Source: Clostridia bacterium
GTDB taxonomy: Bacteria; Bacillota; Clostridia; TANB77; CAG-465
Assembly (NCBI GenBank): GCA_045536565.1
Contig: JAZSNU010000004.1
Span: 1 to 37,753 of the forward strand
Reading direction: 5' to 3'
DNA length: 37,753 nucleotides
Shown one piece after another: positions 1-9,328 of the stretch. Both the position numbers and the translations under genes were made by a program. The notes under the pieces are model-generated. The model made no database searches and was not told the DNA's origin. It worked only from the letters and a program-made list of their open reading frames with translations. Position 1 is the first letter of the stretch. Each line of letters starts with the position of its first letter.

Positions 1-205
1 ATATGTTAAGTATAAATTTATCATTATTTAATTTTGCTATATATGTAACTTTGTTTTCATCTTCTTTTTGTTTTTCTAAAATCGTAATATTATACTTTTT
101 ATTCTGATTATCGCTGGTATATTTATACTCATATCTATATATGTTTAAACTTAAATTTACTATATATATAATTATTACGAATATATATATAACTTTCTTT
201 TTCAT
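1..205 (-). CDS. N-terminal part of a membrane-anchored protein running off the window (possibly ComEC/Rec2-like N-terminus)
   Basis: Manual translation MKKKVIYIFVIIIYIVNLSLNIYRYEYKY... open to the window edge; SD GAGGTG upstream of ATG at 205; family guess is weak. Confidence 0.6.
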   Translation of the reverse strand, partial: MKKKVIYIFVIIIYIVNLSLNIYRYEYKYTSDNQNKKYNITILEKQKEDENKVTYIAKLNNDKFILNI

Positions 206-241
206 TATCACTTTCTCACCTCTTTTTGCTTATGTTAACTA

Positions 242-270
242 TTGACTTTGTACTACCGGTATGTTATACT
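242..270 (+). promoter_or_regulatory. sigma-A-type promoter with extended -10
   Basis: TTGACT (242-247), 17 bp spacer, TG-n-TATACT (265-270). Confidence 0.65.
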
Positions 271-580
271 ATTAATGTAGTATAAAATCTAAAAAACCAT
301 TATTAATATAAAGGAGAGATGTCTATGATTGTAGTTAGAACAAACAAAAATAATTAAACTAGCAGCTATTATTTTTATTTGTAATGTTATTAAAAACACA
401 GTATTTACCATTAACTAACCGTTTAATAATGAATGGTTAAAAGGAGGACAAACATTTTGACACGATTTATATCAGGGTTTACATAGTAACTTTTTACACA
501 AATATACAGATTAAAAAAGATTGTTTTTATATATAGTGTGAAAAAAGATAAATTGGGATATAATAATAAATGAACGGATT

Positions 581-609
581 AGGCAGCGTTAAAAAGCGCT
601 GCCTTTATT
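581..609 (+). terminator. intrinsic terminator-like hairpin
   Basis: AGGCAGCG / CGCTGCCT stem followed by T-rich tail. Confidence 0.65.
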
Positions 610-693
610 ATACCCTTTTTTATATTTTAGTAAATACCTATGACTTTATCTCCTAAAACTAGACACTAAATTATAAACTTTCATAATCTTTGA

Positions 694-722
694 TTGACTT
701 AAATATTTATTAGTTATATACT
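694..722 (+). promoter_or_regulatory. sigma-A promoter of por operon
   Basis: TTGACT-17 bp-TATACT upstream of SD AAGGAGG and porC ATG. Confidence 0.7.
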
Positions 723-750
723 TATATTATCACAAATAAAGGAGGTTATT

Positions 751-1326
751 ATGATAGAAATAAGATGGCACGGAAGAGGCGGTCAAGGTGCAAAAACAGC
801 ATCACTTCTTCTTGCTGATGTTGCTTTCAACACAGGAAAATATATTCAAGGATTCCCAGAGTACGGTCCTGAGCGTATGGGAGCGCCTATCACCGCTTAC
901 AATAGAATTAGTGAAACTCCAATTAGAATACATTCAAACATATACGAACCTGATTATGTTGTAGTAGTTGATGATACTTTAATATCTGCTGTTGATGTAA
1001 CTAATGGTTTAAAAGAAACTGGTAGTATTTTGATAAATACATCATTAAATACAGATGAAATAAAAAAACTTTTACCAGAATTTAGAGGAAAAATTTATAC
1101 AATTGATGCTTCAAAAATAAGTATGGAATGTCTAAAAGCAAATTTCCCTAACACTGCTCTTCTTTCAGCAGTTATAAAAATTACAAGCATCATGGATAAA
1201 AAGGTCTTAGAAGATAATATGCTAGAATCATTTAAACATAAATTTGCAAAAAAACCTGATGTTATTGAGCCTAATATGGAGGCTGTAAGGCGCGCTTGGG
1301 AAGAGGTAAAGGAGGTAAGTGAATAA
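751..1326 (+). CDS. porC: pyruvate/2-oxoacid:ferredoxin oxidoreductase gamma subunit
   Basis: IEIRWHGRGGQGAKTA and FPEYGPERMGAP motifs. Confidence 0.93.
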   Translation: MIEIRWHGRGGQGAKTASLLLADVAFNTGKYIQGFPEYGPERMGAPITAYNRISETPIRIHSNIYEPDYVVVVDDTLISAVDVTNGLKETGSILINTSLNTDEIKKLLPEFRGKIYTIDASKISMECLKANFPNTALLSAVIKITSIMDKKVLEDNMLESFKHKFAKKPDVIEPNMEAVRRAWEEVKEVSE

Positions 1327-1610
1327 TGATAACTGATAAAATGGGTGCTAAAGAATTACCTATGGCCGGAATGGTATTAGAACACGGAAATTCTGAAAAA
1401 TTTAATACTGGTGAATGGAGAAATAAAAAACCAGTTCATATTGATGAAAAATGTAAACACTGTATGTTATGTGTTATGCCTTGCCCAGACAATGCAATAA
1501 TTCATGATGAAAATGATAAAATGCTAGGTTTTGATTATGATAAATGCAAAGGCTGTGGTGTTTGTGCAAAAGTATGTCCTTTTAAGGCAATAGAGATGAA
1601 AGATGAATAG
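1326..1610 (+). CDS. porD: pyruvate/2-oxoacid:ferredoxin oxidoreductase delta subunit (2x[4Fe-4S])
   Basis: TGEWR motif, CxxCxxCxxxCP twice. Confidence 0.93.
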   Translation: MITDKMGAKELPMAGMVLEHGNSEKFNTGEWRNKKPVHIDEKCKHCMLCVMPCPDNAIIHDENDKMLGFDYDKCKGCGVCAKVCPFKAIEMKDE

Positions 1611-1619
1611 GAGGTTATT

Positions 1620-2792
1620 ATGATTAGAGAAAGATTAAGTGGAAATGAAGCGGTTGCAGTAGCAATGAGACAAATCAATCCTGATGTTGTTCCTGCCTAC
1701 CCTATTACTCCATCTACCGAAGTACCTCAATATTTTTCGAGTTTTATGGCAAATGGAAGTGTAGATACTGAATTCATTCCAGTAGAAAGTGAACATAGTG
1801 CTATGTCTGCTTGTATTGGTGCATCAGCAGCTGGTGCAAGGGTAATGAGTGCCACATCATCACAAGGCTTATCCCTTATGTATGAAATGTTATATATTGC
1901 AAGTGGAATGAGACTTCCAATAGTTTTAACTTGCGTAAACAGAGCGGTATCTGCTCCTATCAATATACACAATGATCATTCAGATTCAATGGGTGCAAGA
2001 GACTGTGGATTTATTCAATTATACTGTGAATCAAACCAAGAAGCATACGACAATTTAATTATGGCTGTAAAAACAGCAGAAAAAGCAATGCTTCCTGTTA
2101 TGGTATGTTTTGATGGCTTTATAACATCACACTCTGTTGAAAACATTGAACTTTTAGAAGATGATGTAGTTAAAAAATTTGTAGGAACATATAATCCTAA
2201 ACACTATTTATTAAACCCAGAAGAATATGTTTCTATGGGACCACTAGACTTACAAAACTATTTCTTTGAACATAGAAAACAACTTGCTGATGCAATGGTA
2301 GATAGTAAAAAAATAATAGAAGAAGTATCAGAAGAATTTGCTAAAATATCTGGTAGACATTACGGATTATTTGAAGAATACAAAATGGAAGATAGCAAAG
2401 TTGGTATGGTAGTTTTAAACTCTACTGCTGGTACTGCAAAAGATGTAGTAGATAAATTAAGAGATGAAGGTATTAAAGTAGGTCTTGTAAAACCAAGAGC
2501 ATTTAGGCCACTTCCATACAAAGAGCTTGCTGAAAGTTTAAAAGAATTAAAAGCAGTCGCTATAATGGATAAAGCAGATAGCGTAAATGGCTTTTCTGGA
2601 CCATTGTTCTCAGAAGTTACAAGTGCTATGTATTCAGAAGGTTTAACTGTACCTGCTGTAAACTATATTTACGGTTTAGGTGGAAGAGATGTTAAATCAG
2701 ATGATATAGAAGAAGTATTTAGAAATTTAATTAAAATCGCAAAAGATGGTAAAAAAGATAAAACTACTTACTATCTTGGTGTAAGAGATTAG
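1620..2792 (+). CDS. porA: pyruvate/2-oxoacid:ferredoxin oxidoreductase alpha subunit
   Basis: AYPITPST, VESEHSAMS, YGLGGRD motifs. Confidence 0.95.
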   Translation: MIRERLSGNEAVAVAMRQINPDVVPAYPITPSTEVPQYFSSFMANGSVDTEFIPVESEHSAMSACIGASAAGARVMSATSSQGLSLMYEMLYIASGMRLPIVLTCVNRAVSAPINIHNDHSDSMGARDCGFIQLYCESNQEAYDNLIMAVKTAEKAMLPVMVCFDGFITSHSVENIELLEDDVVKKFVGTYNPKHYLLNPEEYVSMGPLDLQNYFFEHRKQLADAMVDSKKIIEEVSEEFAKISGRHYGLFEEYKMEDSKVGMVVLNSTAGTAKDVVDKLRDEGIKVGLVKPRAFRPLPYKELAESLKELKAVAIMDKADSVNGFSGPLFSEVTSAMYSEGLTVPAVNYIYGLGGRDVKSDDIEEVFRNLIKIAKDGKKDKTTYYLGVRD

Positions 2793-2804
2793 GAGGTGCA
2801 AATA

Positions 2805-3767
2805 ATGGCATATAATTTAAAAGAAGTTGTTAAGAAAAAAGTAAGATTTACATCTGGTCATAGAATGTGTGCTGGTTGTGGAGCACCTACTACTGTTCGT
2901 GCAATATTATCTGCGCTAAAAGATGAAGATGATGCAGTTATAACTTCTGCAACTGGTTGTTTAGAAGTTTCTTCTTGCATTTATCCATACACTTCATGGA
3001 AAAATTCTTCATTTATTCACAGTGCATTTGAAAACGCTGGTGCTACATGTTCTGGTGTCGAAACTGCATATAGATCACTAAAAAAACAAGGTAAATTAAA
3101 AAGTGATAAAAATGTTAAATTTATAGCATTTGGTGGTGACGGTGGTACATATGATATAGGTCTTCAATCTCTATCTGGTGCTATGGAAAGAGGACATGAT
3201 ATGGTATATGTATGCTATGATAATGGTGCATATATGAATACTGGTACTCAGCGTTCTTCTGCTACGCCACATTTTGCAGATACAACTACTGCCCCTGCTG
3301 GTAAAGTTGTTCCTGGTAAAATGCAGCCAAGAAAAGATTTAACAGAAATAATGGTAAAACACAATACTGCATATGTTGCTCAAACAGCATTAATTGGTAA
3401 TTTCAAAGATATACACGAAAAAGCAGAAAAAGCAATATATACCGAAGGTCCTTGCTTTATTGCTACCCTATCTCCTTGTCCTCGTGGATGGGGATATCCA
3501 CCAGAAATGCTTATGGAAATATCAAAACTCGCTGTTGATACTTGCTTCTGGCCATTATATGAAGTAAAAGGCGGTGTTTATACAATAACTTACAAACCTG
3601 CAAAAAAACTTCCTGTTGAAGAATTTTTAAGACCACAAAAAAGATTTAAACACATGTTTAAAGAAGGTAATGAATGGATGATTAAGCAGTTCCAGGAAGA
3701 AGTAGATAAAAAATGGGAATATCTTCTTACTATGGAAAACTTAACACATAAAGAAAACGAAGAATAA
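2805..3767 (+). CDS. porB: pyruvate/2-oxoacid:ferredoxin oxidoreductase beta subunit (TPP-binding)
   Basis: GHRMCAGCG, GGDGGTYDIG, YDNGAYMNTG; start moved to ATG 2805 after SD AGGAGG. Confidence 0.95.
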   Translation: MAYNLKEVVKKKVRFTSGHRMCAGCGAPTTVRAILSALKDEDDAVITSATGCLEVSSCIYPYTSWKNSSFIHSAFENAGATCSGVETAYRSLKKQGKLKSDKNVKFIAFGGDGGTYDIGLQSLSGAMERGHDMVYVCYDNGAYMNTGTQRSSATPHFADTTTAPAGKVVPGKMQPRKDLTEIMVKHNTAYVAQTALIGNFKDIHEKAEKAIYTEGPCFIATLSPCPRGWGYPPEMLMEISKLAVDTCFWPLYEVKGGVYTITYKPAKKLPVEEFLRPQKRFKHMFKEGNEWMIKQFQEEVDKKWEYLLTMENLTHKENEE

Positions 3768-3790
3768 AAACATATAATATAAATATTATG

Positions 3791-3821
3791 TAGCCAATAG
3801 TTTTGTACTATTGGCTATTTT
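3791..3821 (+). terminator. por operon terminator
   Basis: TAGCCAATAG / CTATTGGCTA stem plus TTTT. Confidence 0.8.
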
Positions 3822-3898
3822 ACTTGACATATATGATATAATAATTGTGTAAATAATAAGAGTTATACTCTATAAATAATTTTAAGGAGGATATTAAT

Positions 3899-4129
3899 AT
3901 GAATAATAATCAAACATATAGAGGTGGGGTAATTGTTAAGTCGCACCCAAAGAGCATTATATATATTGCTTACTCATCTGAATGGTACAAATTCTTCAAT
4001 GAATACGAACAAACTCACAATGGTAAACCTATTACCGTTCTTCAAGTGGCACCATTATCTGAAAGTAAAGTAATCTTAGAATTTGTATACAACGAAGATT
4101 ATATTGATGATTTGAAGGAACAGATATAG
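3899..4129 (+). CDS. hypothetical protein (paralog of next gene)
   Basis: SD AAGGAGG; 76 aa; shares KPITVLQVAPLS...EFVYNEDY with 4146..4376. Confidence 0.8.
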   Translation: MNNNQTYRGGVIVKSHPKSIIYIAYSSEWYKFFNEYEQTHNGKPITVLQVAPLSESKVILEFVYNEDYIDDLKEQI

Positions 4130-4145
4130 TAAGGAGGATATTATT

Positions 4146-4376
4146 ATGGATAATAATCAATCTTGTAGATGTGGAGTACTAGTTAAGTCACATGCAAAAA
4201 GTCATATACGCATTATTAGCTCATTTCACTGGCACCAATTATTCTATACCGATGAACCAAAGCTCAATGATAAACCTATTACTGTACTTCAGGTTGCACC
4301 ATTATCCGCTAATGATGTAATAGTAGAATTTGTGTATAACGAAGATTATACTGATGATTTAAAGTCACAGGTTTAA
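4146..4376 (+). CDS. hypothetical protein (tandem duplicate of previous gene)
   Basis: SD AAGGAGG; same length and motifs as 3899..4129. Confidence 0.8.
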   Translation: MDNNQSCRCGVLVKSHAKSHIRIISSFHWHQLFYTDEPKLNDKPITVLQVAPLSANDVIVEFVYNEDYTDDLKSQV

Positions 4377-4393
4377 GGAGGTAAATATATTTT

Positions 4394-4792
4394 ATGGACG
4401 ATTTACAAAATTCCTGGGGAGAATCTATTTGTAAGTTTACCGATCTTTATGGTAATCCTGTAGAAAGAACGCCTTATACTCACCCATATAATTTTGACCA
4501 GCATGTAATTTGGAAATCAAAAGACTTTGACAAAAACAAAATATATTCTGCTGAATATTCTGATAGAATGTGCGAATGGGATAGAGAAAAATTTTCAAAA
4601 TGTACTCAGGATGTATTTCATAATCAAAAACAATATTTCGATGATAGAAAACCAAAATATATTGAAAGGTTTCTTATAAAATACTTTGGTCATGAATTAA
4701 AACTTATTGCTATTGAAAAATGTTGTAACTTTGCTACGGGCTACCCTATATGGGTATTCCATTATGAAGATATGACGCAAACAGAAAAATAA
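4394..4792 (+). CDS. hypothetical protein, phage-like
   Basis: SD AAGGAGG; RTPYTHPYNFD / YSDRM.EWD / NFATGYPIW motifs recall conserved phage hypothetical proteins (from memory, unverified). Confidence 0.7.
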   Translation: MDDLQNSWGESICKFTDLYGNPVERTPYTHPYNFDQHVIWKSKDFDKNKIYSAEYSDRMCEWDREKFSKCTQDVFHNQKQYFDDRKPKYIERFLIKYFGHELKLIAIEKCCNFATGYPIWVFHYEDMTQTEK

Positions 4793-4810
4793 TTTTAAGG
4801 AGGCAATTAT

Positions 4811-5167
4811 ATGATTAAGTATGAAAAAGTTTTATGTGACATTATGGAATGTACAGAATATGAATACAAATCTCGTATGCGTTCTACCCTATCTGATTCA
4901 AATGGCAATACAATGTTTGAAAGTGGATTTGGCACTAGTTCTTATGACGGAAAAGCTATTCAAAAGAATCTTCCTTTCATACAGGTGTCTGAGCCATATC
5001 GCTATTTATATATTCCAGAAAACAAGTTCAACTTTTTAACAAAGCTTATTATTGCTTTTAGTTCAAAGTTTCACAAAGGTATTGTTCTTAATAACAAAAG
5101 ATTTTATAACACAAGTCCTAATAAAATTGGAAATATATATGTAAAAGTTTCTGAAAATACTAAGTAA
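4811..5167 (+). CDS. hypothetical protein
   Basis: SD AAGGAGG, 118 aa ORF in a tight array. Confidence 0.7.
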   Translation: MIKYEKVLCDIMECTEYEYKSRMRSTLSDSNGNTMFESGFGTSSYDGKAIQKNLPFIQVSEPYRYLYIPENKFNFLTKLIIAFSSKFHKGIVLNNKRFYNTSPNKIGNIYVKVSENTK

Positions 5168-5186
5168 TTATATAGGAGGTAATATT

Positions 5187-5396
5187 ATGCCATTTCCAAA
5201 TGAAGTTTATATTGAGCCAAAAGAAAAAGAGCGTCTTATTGAACTTTTGACTGAAGCTGATTCTATCTTATGTAAATATCCATATTCTTCGGATGCATCA
5301 CATCATACTGTTACTTCAATGGCTCGTGCAAAATCAAGTGTATGTCAAGCAAAAGAAGAAGTAAAACTGTTATATACCATAGAAGAAAAGAAATAA
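5187..5396 (+). CDS. hypothetical protein
   Basis: SD AGGAGG, 69 aa, followed by terminator. Confidence 0.7.
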   Translation: MPFPNEVYIEPKEKERLIELLTEADSILCKYPYSSDASHHTVTSMARAKSSVCQAKEEVKLLYTIEEKK

Positions 5397-5412
5397 AAAA
5401 TGTATATTTAAC

Positions 5413-5450
5413 AAAAAACAAGCTAGATTAATTTCTAGCTTGTAATTTTT
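5413..5450. terminator. bidirectional terminator between orphan array and rplL
   Basis: ACAAGCTAGA / TCTAGCTTGT stem with A- and T-tracts on either side. Confidence 0.8.
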
Positions 5451-5467
5451 ATCTTTTATCTTATGGA

Positions 5468-5839
5468 TTATACCATTTCTGCTAATGCACCAGCTGCTTT
5501 TAAAGCTTCTACTAGTTTTTCTGCATCTTCTTTTGGCATATTTTCTTTTACTGTTTGAGGTGCTGTATCAACTAAGTCTTTAGCTTCTTTTAATCCAAGA
5601 CCTGTTGCTTCTCTAACTGCTTTTATAACTTGTATTTTAGTTGCTCCTGCATCTTTTAATACTACGTTAAATTCAGTTTTTTCTTCAGCTGCTGCTCCTG
5701 CTGCTGCTCCACCTGCTACTGCAACTACTGCTGCTTGTGCAGATACTCCAAATTTTTCTTCTATAGCTTTTACTAAATCAGCTAATTCAATAACTGTTAA
5801 AGCTTCAACATCAGCTATTATTTTTTCAATTTTTTCCAT
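5468..5839 (-). CDS. rplL: 50S ribosomal protein L7/L12
   Basis: [29 protein letters not shown]; start at ATG 5839 after GGAGG. Confidence 0.97.
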   Translation of the reverse strand: MEKIEKIIADVEALTVIELADLVKAIEEKFGVSAQAAVVAVAGGAAAGAAAEEKTEFNVVLKDAGATKIQVIKAVREATGLGLKEAKDLVDTAPQTVKENMPKEDAEKLVEALKAAGALAEMV

Positions 5840-5883
5840 TTTAAATTCCTCCATTATTTTCTTATTTTCATTTAGTTAACCTT

Positions 5884-6396
5884 TTAGGCATTAACTGGTT
5901 CCTCAGATTTTTGTTTGCTTACTTCGTTTATTACAACTGCTAGGTTACGTATATTTCCAAGCAATGCAGATGCAAGCATAGTAAGAAGTGTTTCTTTTGA
6001 TGGTAATTTTGCAAGTTTCATTATTTCTTCTTTACCTACTTCTTTTTGTTCCATAACTCCACCTTTAAATTGGTAGAACTCATGGTCTTTTGCATATTCA
6101 TATGCTACTTTTGCTGGTGCTACAACATCTTCATAACTAAATATTACAGATGTTGGTCCTTCAAATGTTGCTTCATTTATTTCTATACCAGCTTCTTTTG
6201 CAGCAAGCTTTAATATAGTATTTTTAATTACAGCACATTCACAACCAGCTTCTCTAAGTTTTTTTCTAAGATTCATATCATCTTCAACAGTAATTCCTCT
6301 GTAATCAGTGAATACAGTCATCTTAGATTTTGCTAATTTCTCAGCAACTTCTTTAACTTGAGCTTGTTTCTTTTCTAATATTTTTGCACTTGGCAT
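5884..6396 (-). CDS. rplJ: 50S ribosomal protein L10
   Basis: DYRGITV, LRKKLRE, KNT, LAKLPSKE motifs. Confidence 0.97.
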   Translation of the reverse strand: MPSAKILEKKQAQVKEVAEKLAKSKMTVFTDYRGITVEDDMNLRKKLREAGCECAVIKNTILKLAAKEAGIEINEATFEGPTSVIFSYEDVVAPAKVAYEYAKDHEFYQFKGGVMEQKEVGKEEIMKLAKLPSKETLLTMLASALLGNIRNLAVVINEVSKQKSEEPVNA

Positions 6397-6414
6397 TTCG
6401 CACCTCCTTAAGAT

Positions 6415-6541
6415 AAAAAATTACTATCACCATGTATTCTAGGTGATAGTAATATATCTATATAAATCTTGCGAATTATTAACTATATTTTTCTCACCTC
6501 GGTAGGATTTCTAACCAAAAAAGTAACCTACTGTCTATGGT
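6415..6541 (-). promoter_or_regulatory. L10 leader (autogenous control) with attenuator hairpin
   Basis: Minus strand CCATAGACAGTAGG...AATCCTACCGAGG matches the L10-leader core; hairpin TTACTATCACC / GGTGATAGTAA plus T-tract at 6415-6452. Confidence 0.8.
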
Positions 6542-6560
6542 ATACATAAATGATATAAAT

Positions 6561-6588
6561 ATTATACCACAAAAAAATATAATTGCAA
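6561..6588 (-). promoter_or_regulatory. sigma-A promoter of rplJL
   Basis: TTGCAA, 16 bp, TATAAT with upstream TG. Confidence 0.65.
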
Positions 6589-6713
6589 CACTTTTGACTA
6601 CATTTATGTAATTTAATGTGCATTTTAATATGCATTTAAATATTCTATTATTATTTTAAAATTTATTTAGGTTAACTATATATTGAATTTTAACTAATTG
6701 AATTAATAATTTA

Positions 6714-7025
6714 TTATATTAGATTTTTAAAATTTCTTGATCCAAAAACAATTCTTCTGAATTCTACAACATTATCTTTGACTATATAAAAAAGAACATA
6801 ATTTTTAATATTTAATTTATAATAACTAAATTTTCTTTTCTTATATGATATGTATCTAGGACATATCTTTGGATTTTTAGAAATAAATTTACTTTTTTTG
6901 TCTAACTCTTTAAGTAATCTTTTAGCAGCATATGGATTATTTAATGTTTTTATTAGATATATTAAATTTTTCTTTAAATCTTTTGTGAACAATGAGGAAT
7001 ATCTTATACTATATTTTTCATTCAT
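6714..7025 (-). CDS. type II toxin, RelE/ParE family
   Basis: Basic 103 aa; LNNPYAAKRLL, NYVLFYIV, RRIVFGSRN pattern; overlaps upstream small acidic gene. Confidence 0.8.
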   Translation of the reverse strand: MNEKYSIRYSSLFTKDLKKNLIYLIKTLNNPYAAKRLLKELDKKSKFISKNPKICPRYISYKKRKFSYYKLNIKNYVLFYIVKDNVVEFRRIVFGSRNFKNLI

Positions 7026-7212
7026 TAATTATCTTCCTCATTTCAGTAAAAATTTCTTTATGTGTGTAATATTTTGCATTAGGATTCTCTGATTCTTTAT
7101 CTGCTTCATCCAAAATATTTTCTATATACGCATTATATTCTGCATCACATTCTTTATTTTCTATTTCCGAATAGCTATTTCTTAAACTAGCTATTAGACG
7201 CGTATTAATCAT
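7018..7212 (-). CDS. antitoxin, Phd/YefM-like, apparently internally shortened
   Basis: Acidic 64 aa; MINTR..ASLRNSYSEIE start and LDEAD...THKEIF end; 8-nt overlap with toxin. Confidence 0.65.
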   Translation of the reverse strand: MINTRLIASLRNSYSEIENKECDAEYNAYIENILDEADKESENPNAKYYTHKEIFTEMRKIINE

Positions 7213-7328
7213 ACAAATTCACTTCCTTTCCTTTTTATATTATCACAGTTTTATATCAATTACAACATTACCTATTAAATTAAGAATATTACTTTATATA
7301 TCATATATAATATACTAGGTGATAATAT

Positions 7329-8453
7329 ATGAAAGTACTTAGAAATGGATCAAAAGGACTCCAAGTAAAATATTTACAACTTCTTTTAAAAGATTTAAAT
7401 CTATATACAGGAACTATCGATGGAATATTTGGAAATAACACAAAAAATGCTGTTATTTCATTTCAAAAAAATTCTACCATAGATGAAACTGAAATTGTAG
7501 ATGTCTCTACTTGGAATGCTCTTGTACCCTATGCAAAAGTTCCTACAACAATAGATTATTCATACGATATAATGAGATTAAACATTCAAAGATTTGTATT
7601 GAAATACCCTTTTCTTGATATCGGAAATATTGGACTTAGTGTAATGAACAAAACTATTCCATATATAAGATTAGGATTTGGAAATAATCATGTTCTCTAT
7701 GTTGGTGCTACCCATGCTAATGAATGGATAACCTCACCTGTTCTTATGAAATTTATTGAAGATTTTAGCGATGCTTATGTTAATGATGCAACGCTACAAG
7801 GTGTAAATGTAAAAGATATATACCAAAACACCTCTATATTTATTGTTCCAATGCTAAATCCAGATGGTGTAGATTTAGTAGTAAATGATATAGATAATTT
7901 ATCTAATGAATATATAAATGCTAAAAAAATATCACAAGATTATCCTACTATTCCTTTCCCTAGTGGTTGGAAAGCAAACATTGAAGGAATTGATTTGAAT
8001 CTACAATTTCCAGCTATGTGGAATATGGCAAAGGAAATAAAATATGATCAAGGCTTTATATCACCTGCCCCAAGAGATTTTGTAGGTGACTATCCTCTGC
8101 AAGCATCGGAAGCACTTGCTCTATATGATTTTACTATATCTGATAATTTTAACCTTATGCTTACATATCACACGCAAGGCTCCGTTATATTCTGGCAATT
8201 TTTAGACTATAATCCACCTAGAAGTAGAGAAATTGGAGAAACACTCTCTAAAGCAAGCGGATATTCATTAGAAGAAACACCATACAATTCTAGTTTTGCG
8301 GGTTTTAAAGATTGGTTTATACAAAACTTTAATAAACCCGGATATACTATTGAAGCTGGTCTTGGAAGTAACCCCCTTCCTATTTCGCAATTTGATAAAA
8401 TATATAGCGATAATATTGGTATATTAATAGAAAGTGCTATTGCTACAATATAA
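7329..8453 (+). CDS. M14 zinc peptidase (gamma-D-glutamyl-meso-DAP peptidase-like) with N-terminal peptidoglycan-binding domain
   Basis: IDGIFG..T..AV..FQ PG-binding motif; HANEW, NPDGVD, WKAN..GIDLN, YHTQG, GFKDWF, TIEAG. Confidence 0.88.
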   Translation: MKVLRNGSKGLQVKYLQLLLKDLNLYTGTIDGIFGNNTKNAVISFQKNSTIDETEIVDVSTWNALVPYAKVPTTIDYSYDIMRLNIQRFVLKYPFLDIGNIGLSVMNKTIPYIRLGFGNNHVLYVGATHANEWITSPVLMKFIEDFSDAYVNDATLQGVNVKDIYQNTSIFIVPMLNPDGVDLVVNDIDNLSNEYINAKKISQDYPTIPFPSGWKANIEGIDLNLQFPAMWNMAKEIKYDQGFISPAPRDFVGDYPLQASEALALYDFTISDNFNLMLTYHTQGSVIFWQFLDYNPPRSREIGETLSKASGYSLEETPYNSSFAGFKDWFIQNFNKPGYTIEAGLGSNPLPISQFDKIYSDNIGILIESAIATI

Positions 8454-8456
8454 CTA

Positions 8457-8503
8457 AAACACCTAAAATGTTTTTATTCACTTAACATTTTAGGTGTTTT
8501 TTT
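8457..8503. terminator. bidirectional terminator overlapping end of YihY gene
   Basis: AAAACACCTAAAATGTT / AACATTTTAGGTGTTTT inverted repeat. Confidence 0.7.
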
Positions 8504-9328
8504 CTTTCTATTTTCTAGTGCATAATATTTATTTATCTCTGCCCCAACAAAAATTATATAAAAGCAAGCATATACCCACATCATAATAAGGATTAAGGCA
8601 GTTAAACTTCCATATGTTAAAGAAAAGCCCTTGAATATATCTAAATATCTTGAAAATACAAAAGATACTATATTAAGCATTACGGAGCCTACTAATGCAC
8701 CTCTAATTTGACTTTTAAAAGTAATTTTATGTTCTGGTATAAATTTATATATACAAAGAAATACTATAAATGTTACTATGTTAATTATAATATAAGCTAT
8801 TATATCATTAAATATTGTATAATCTCTCAGCATACCAAATTTATTTTGAGCAGTAGATAAAATTGGTTTTCCAAATACTAGTATTACAAGACCTATTACA
8901 ACAACTACAATAAATATTATTGTTTTTAGTATTGACCTTAATTTTAAATGTATAAATGATTTCTTTTTATTATCGTTATAATTGTATACTGTATGTAGCT
9001 CTTTTGTTAACGCGAACAATCCCCTATCTGCTGATAGTAATATAAATATAAGAGATAATGATATTGTTCCAATAGATTTTGAATATACCTCACTTACTAT
9101 TCCTACAATCATATCACTCATATACGATGGCATAACTTGATTTAATATATCAAATAATTGCTCTGGTTTAATAGTAGTATACTGAATAAGTGTAAGTAGT
9201 AAAATCACAAATGGTACAAAAGACAAAATAACATAGTATGCACATTGTGCAGATGATGCACCTATATTATCCTTTTGCATATTCATAAAAAGCTTTTTAT
9301 ATTTTTTTAACTTATTTTTAAAATCCAC
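8474..9328 (-). CDS. YihY/virulence factor BrkB family membrane protein
   Basis: AQCAYYVILSFVP and TYGSLTALILIMMWVY...GAEIN motifs. Confidence 0.9.
   Translation of the reverse strand: MDFKNKLKKYKKLFMNMQKDNIGASSAQCAYYVILSFVPFVILLLTLIQYTTIKPEQLFDILNQVMPSYMSDMIVGIVSEVYSKSIGTISLSLIFILLSADRGLFALTKELHTVYNYNDNKKKSFIHLKLRSILKTIIFIVVVVIGLVILVFGKPILSTAQNKFGMLRDYTIFNDIIAYIIINIVTFIVFLCIYKFIPEHKITFKSQIRGALVGSVMLNIVSFVFSRYLDIFKGFSLTYGSLTALILIMMWVYACFYIIFVGAEINKYYALENRKKKTPKMLSE

Noticed and set aside
335-375. AAAAATAATTAAACTAGCAGCT resembling a tmRNA tag (…LAA)
   Set aside because: No stop after LAA and no tRNA-like ends or T-loop/CCA nearby.
549-609. Possible T-box before the hairpin upstream of por
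   Set aside because: AATTGGGATATAA lacks the GGTGG-ACC T-box core, and por has its own promoter downstream.
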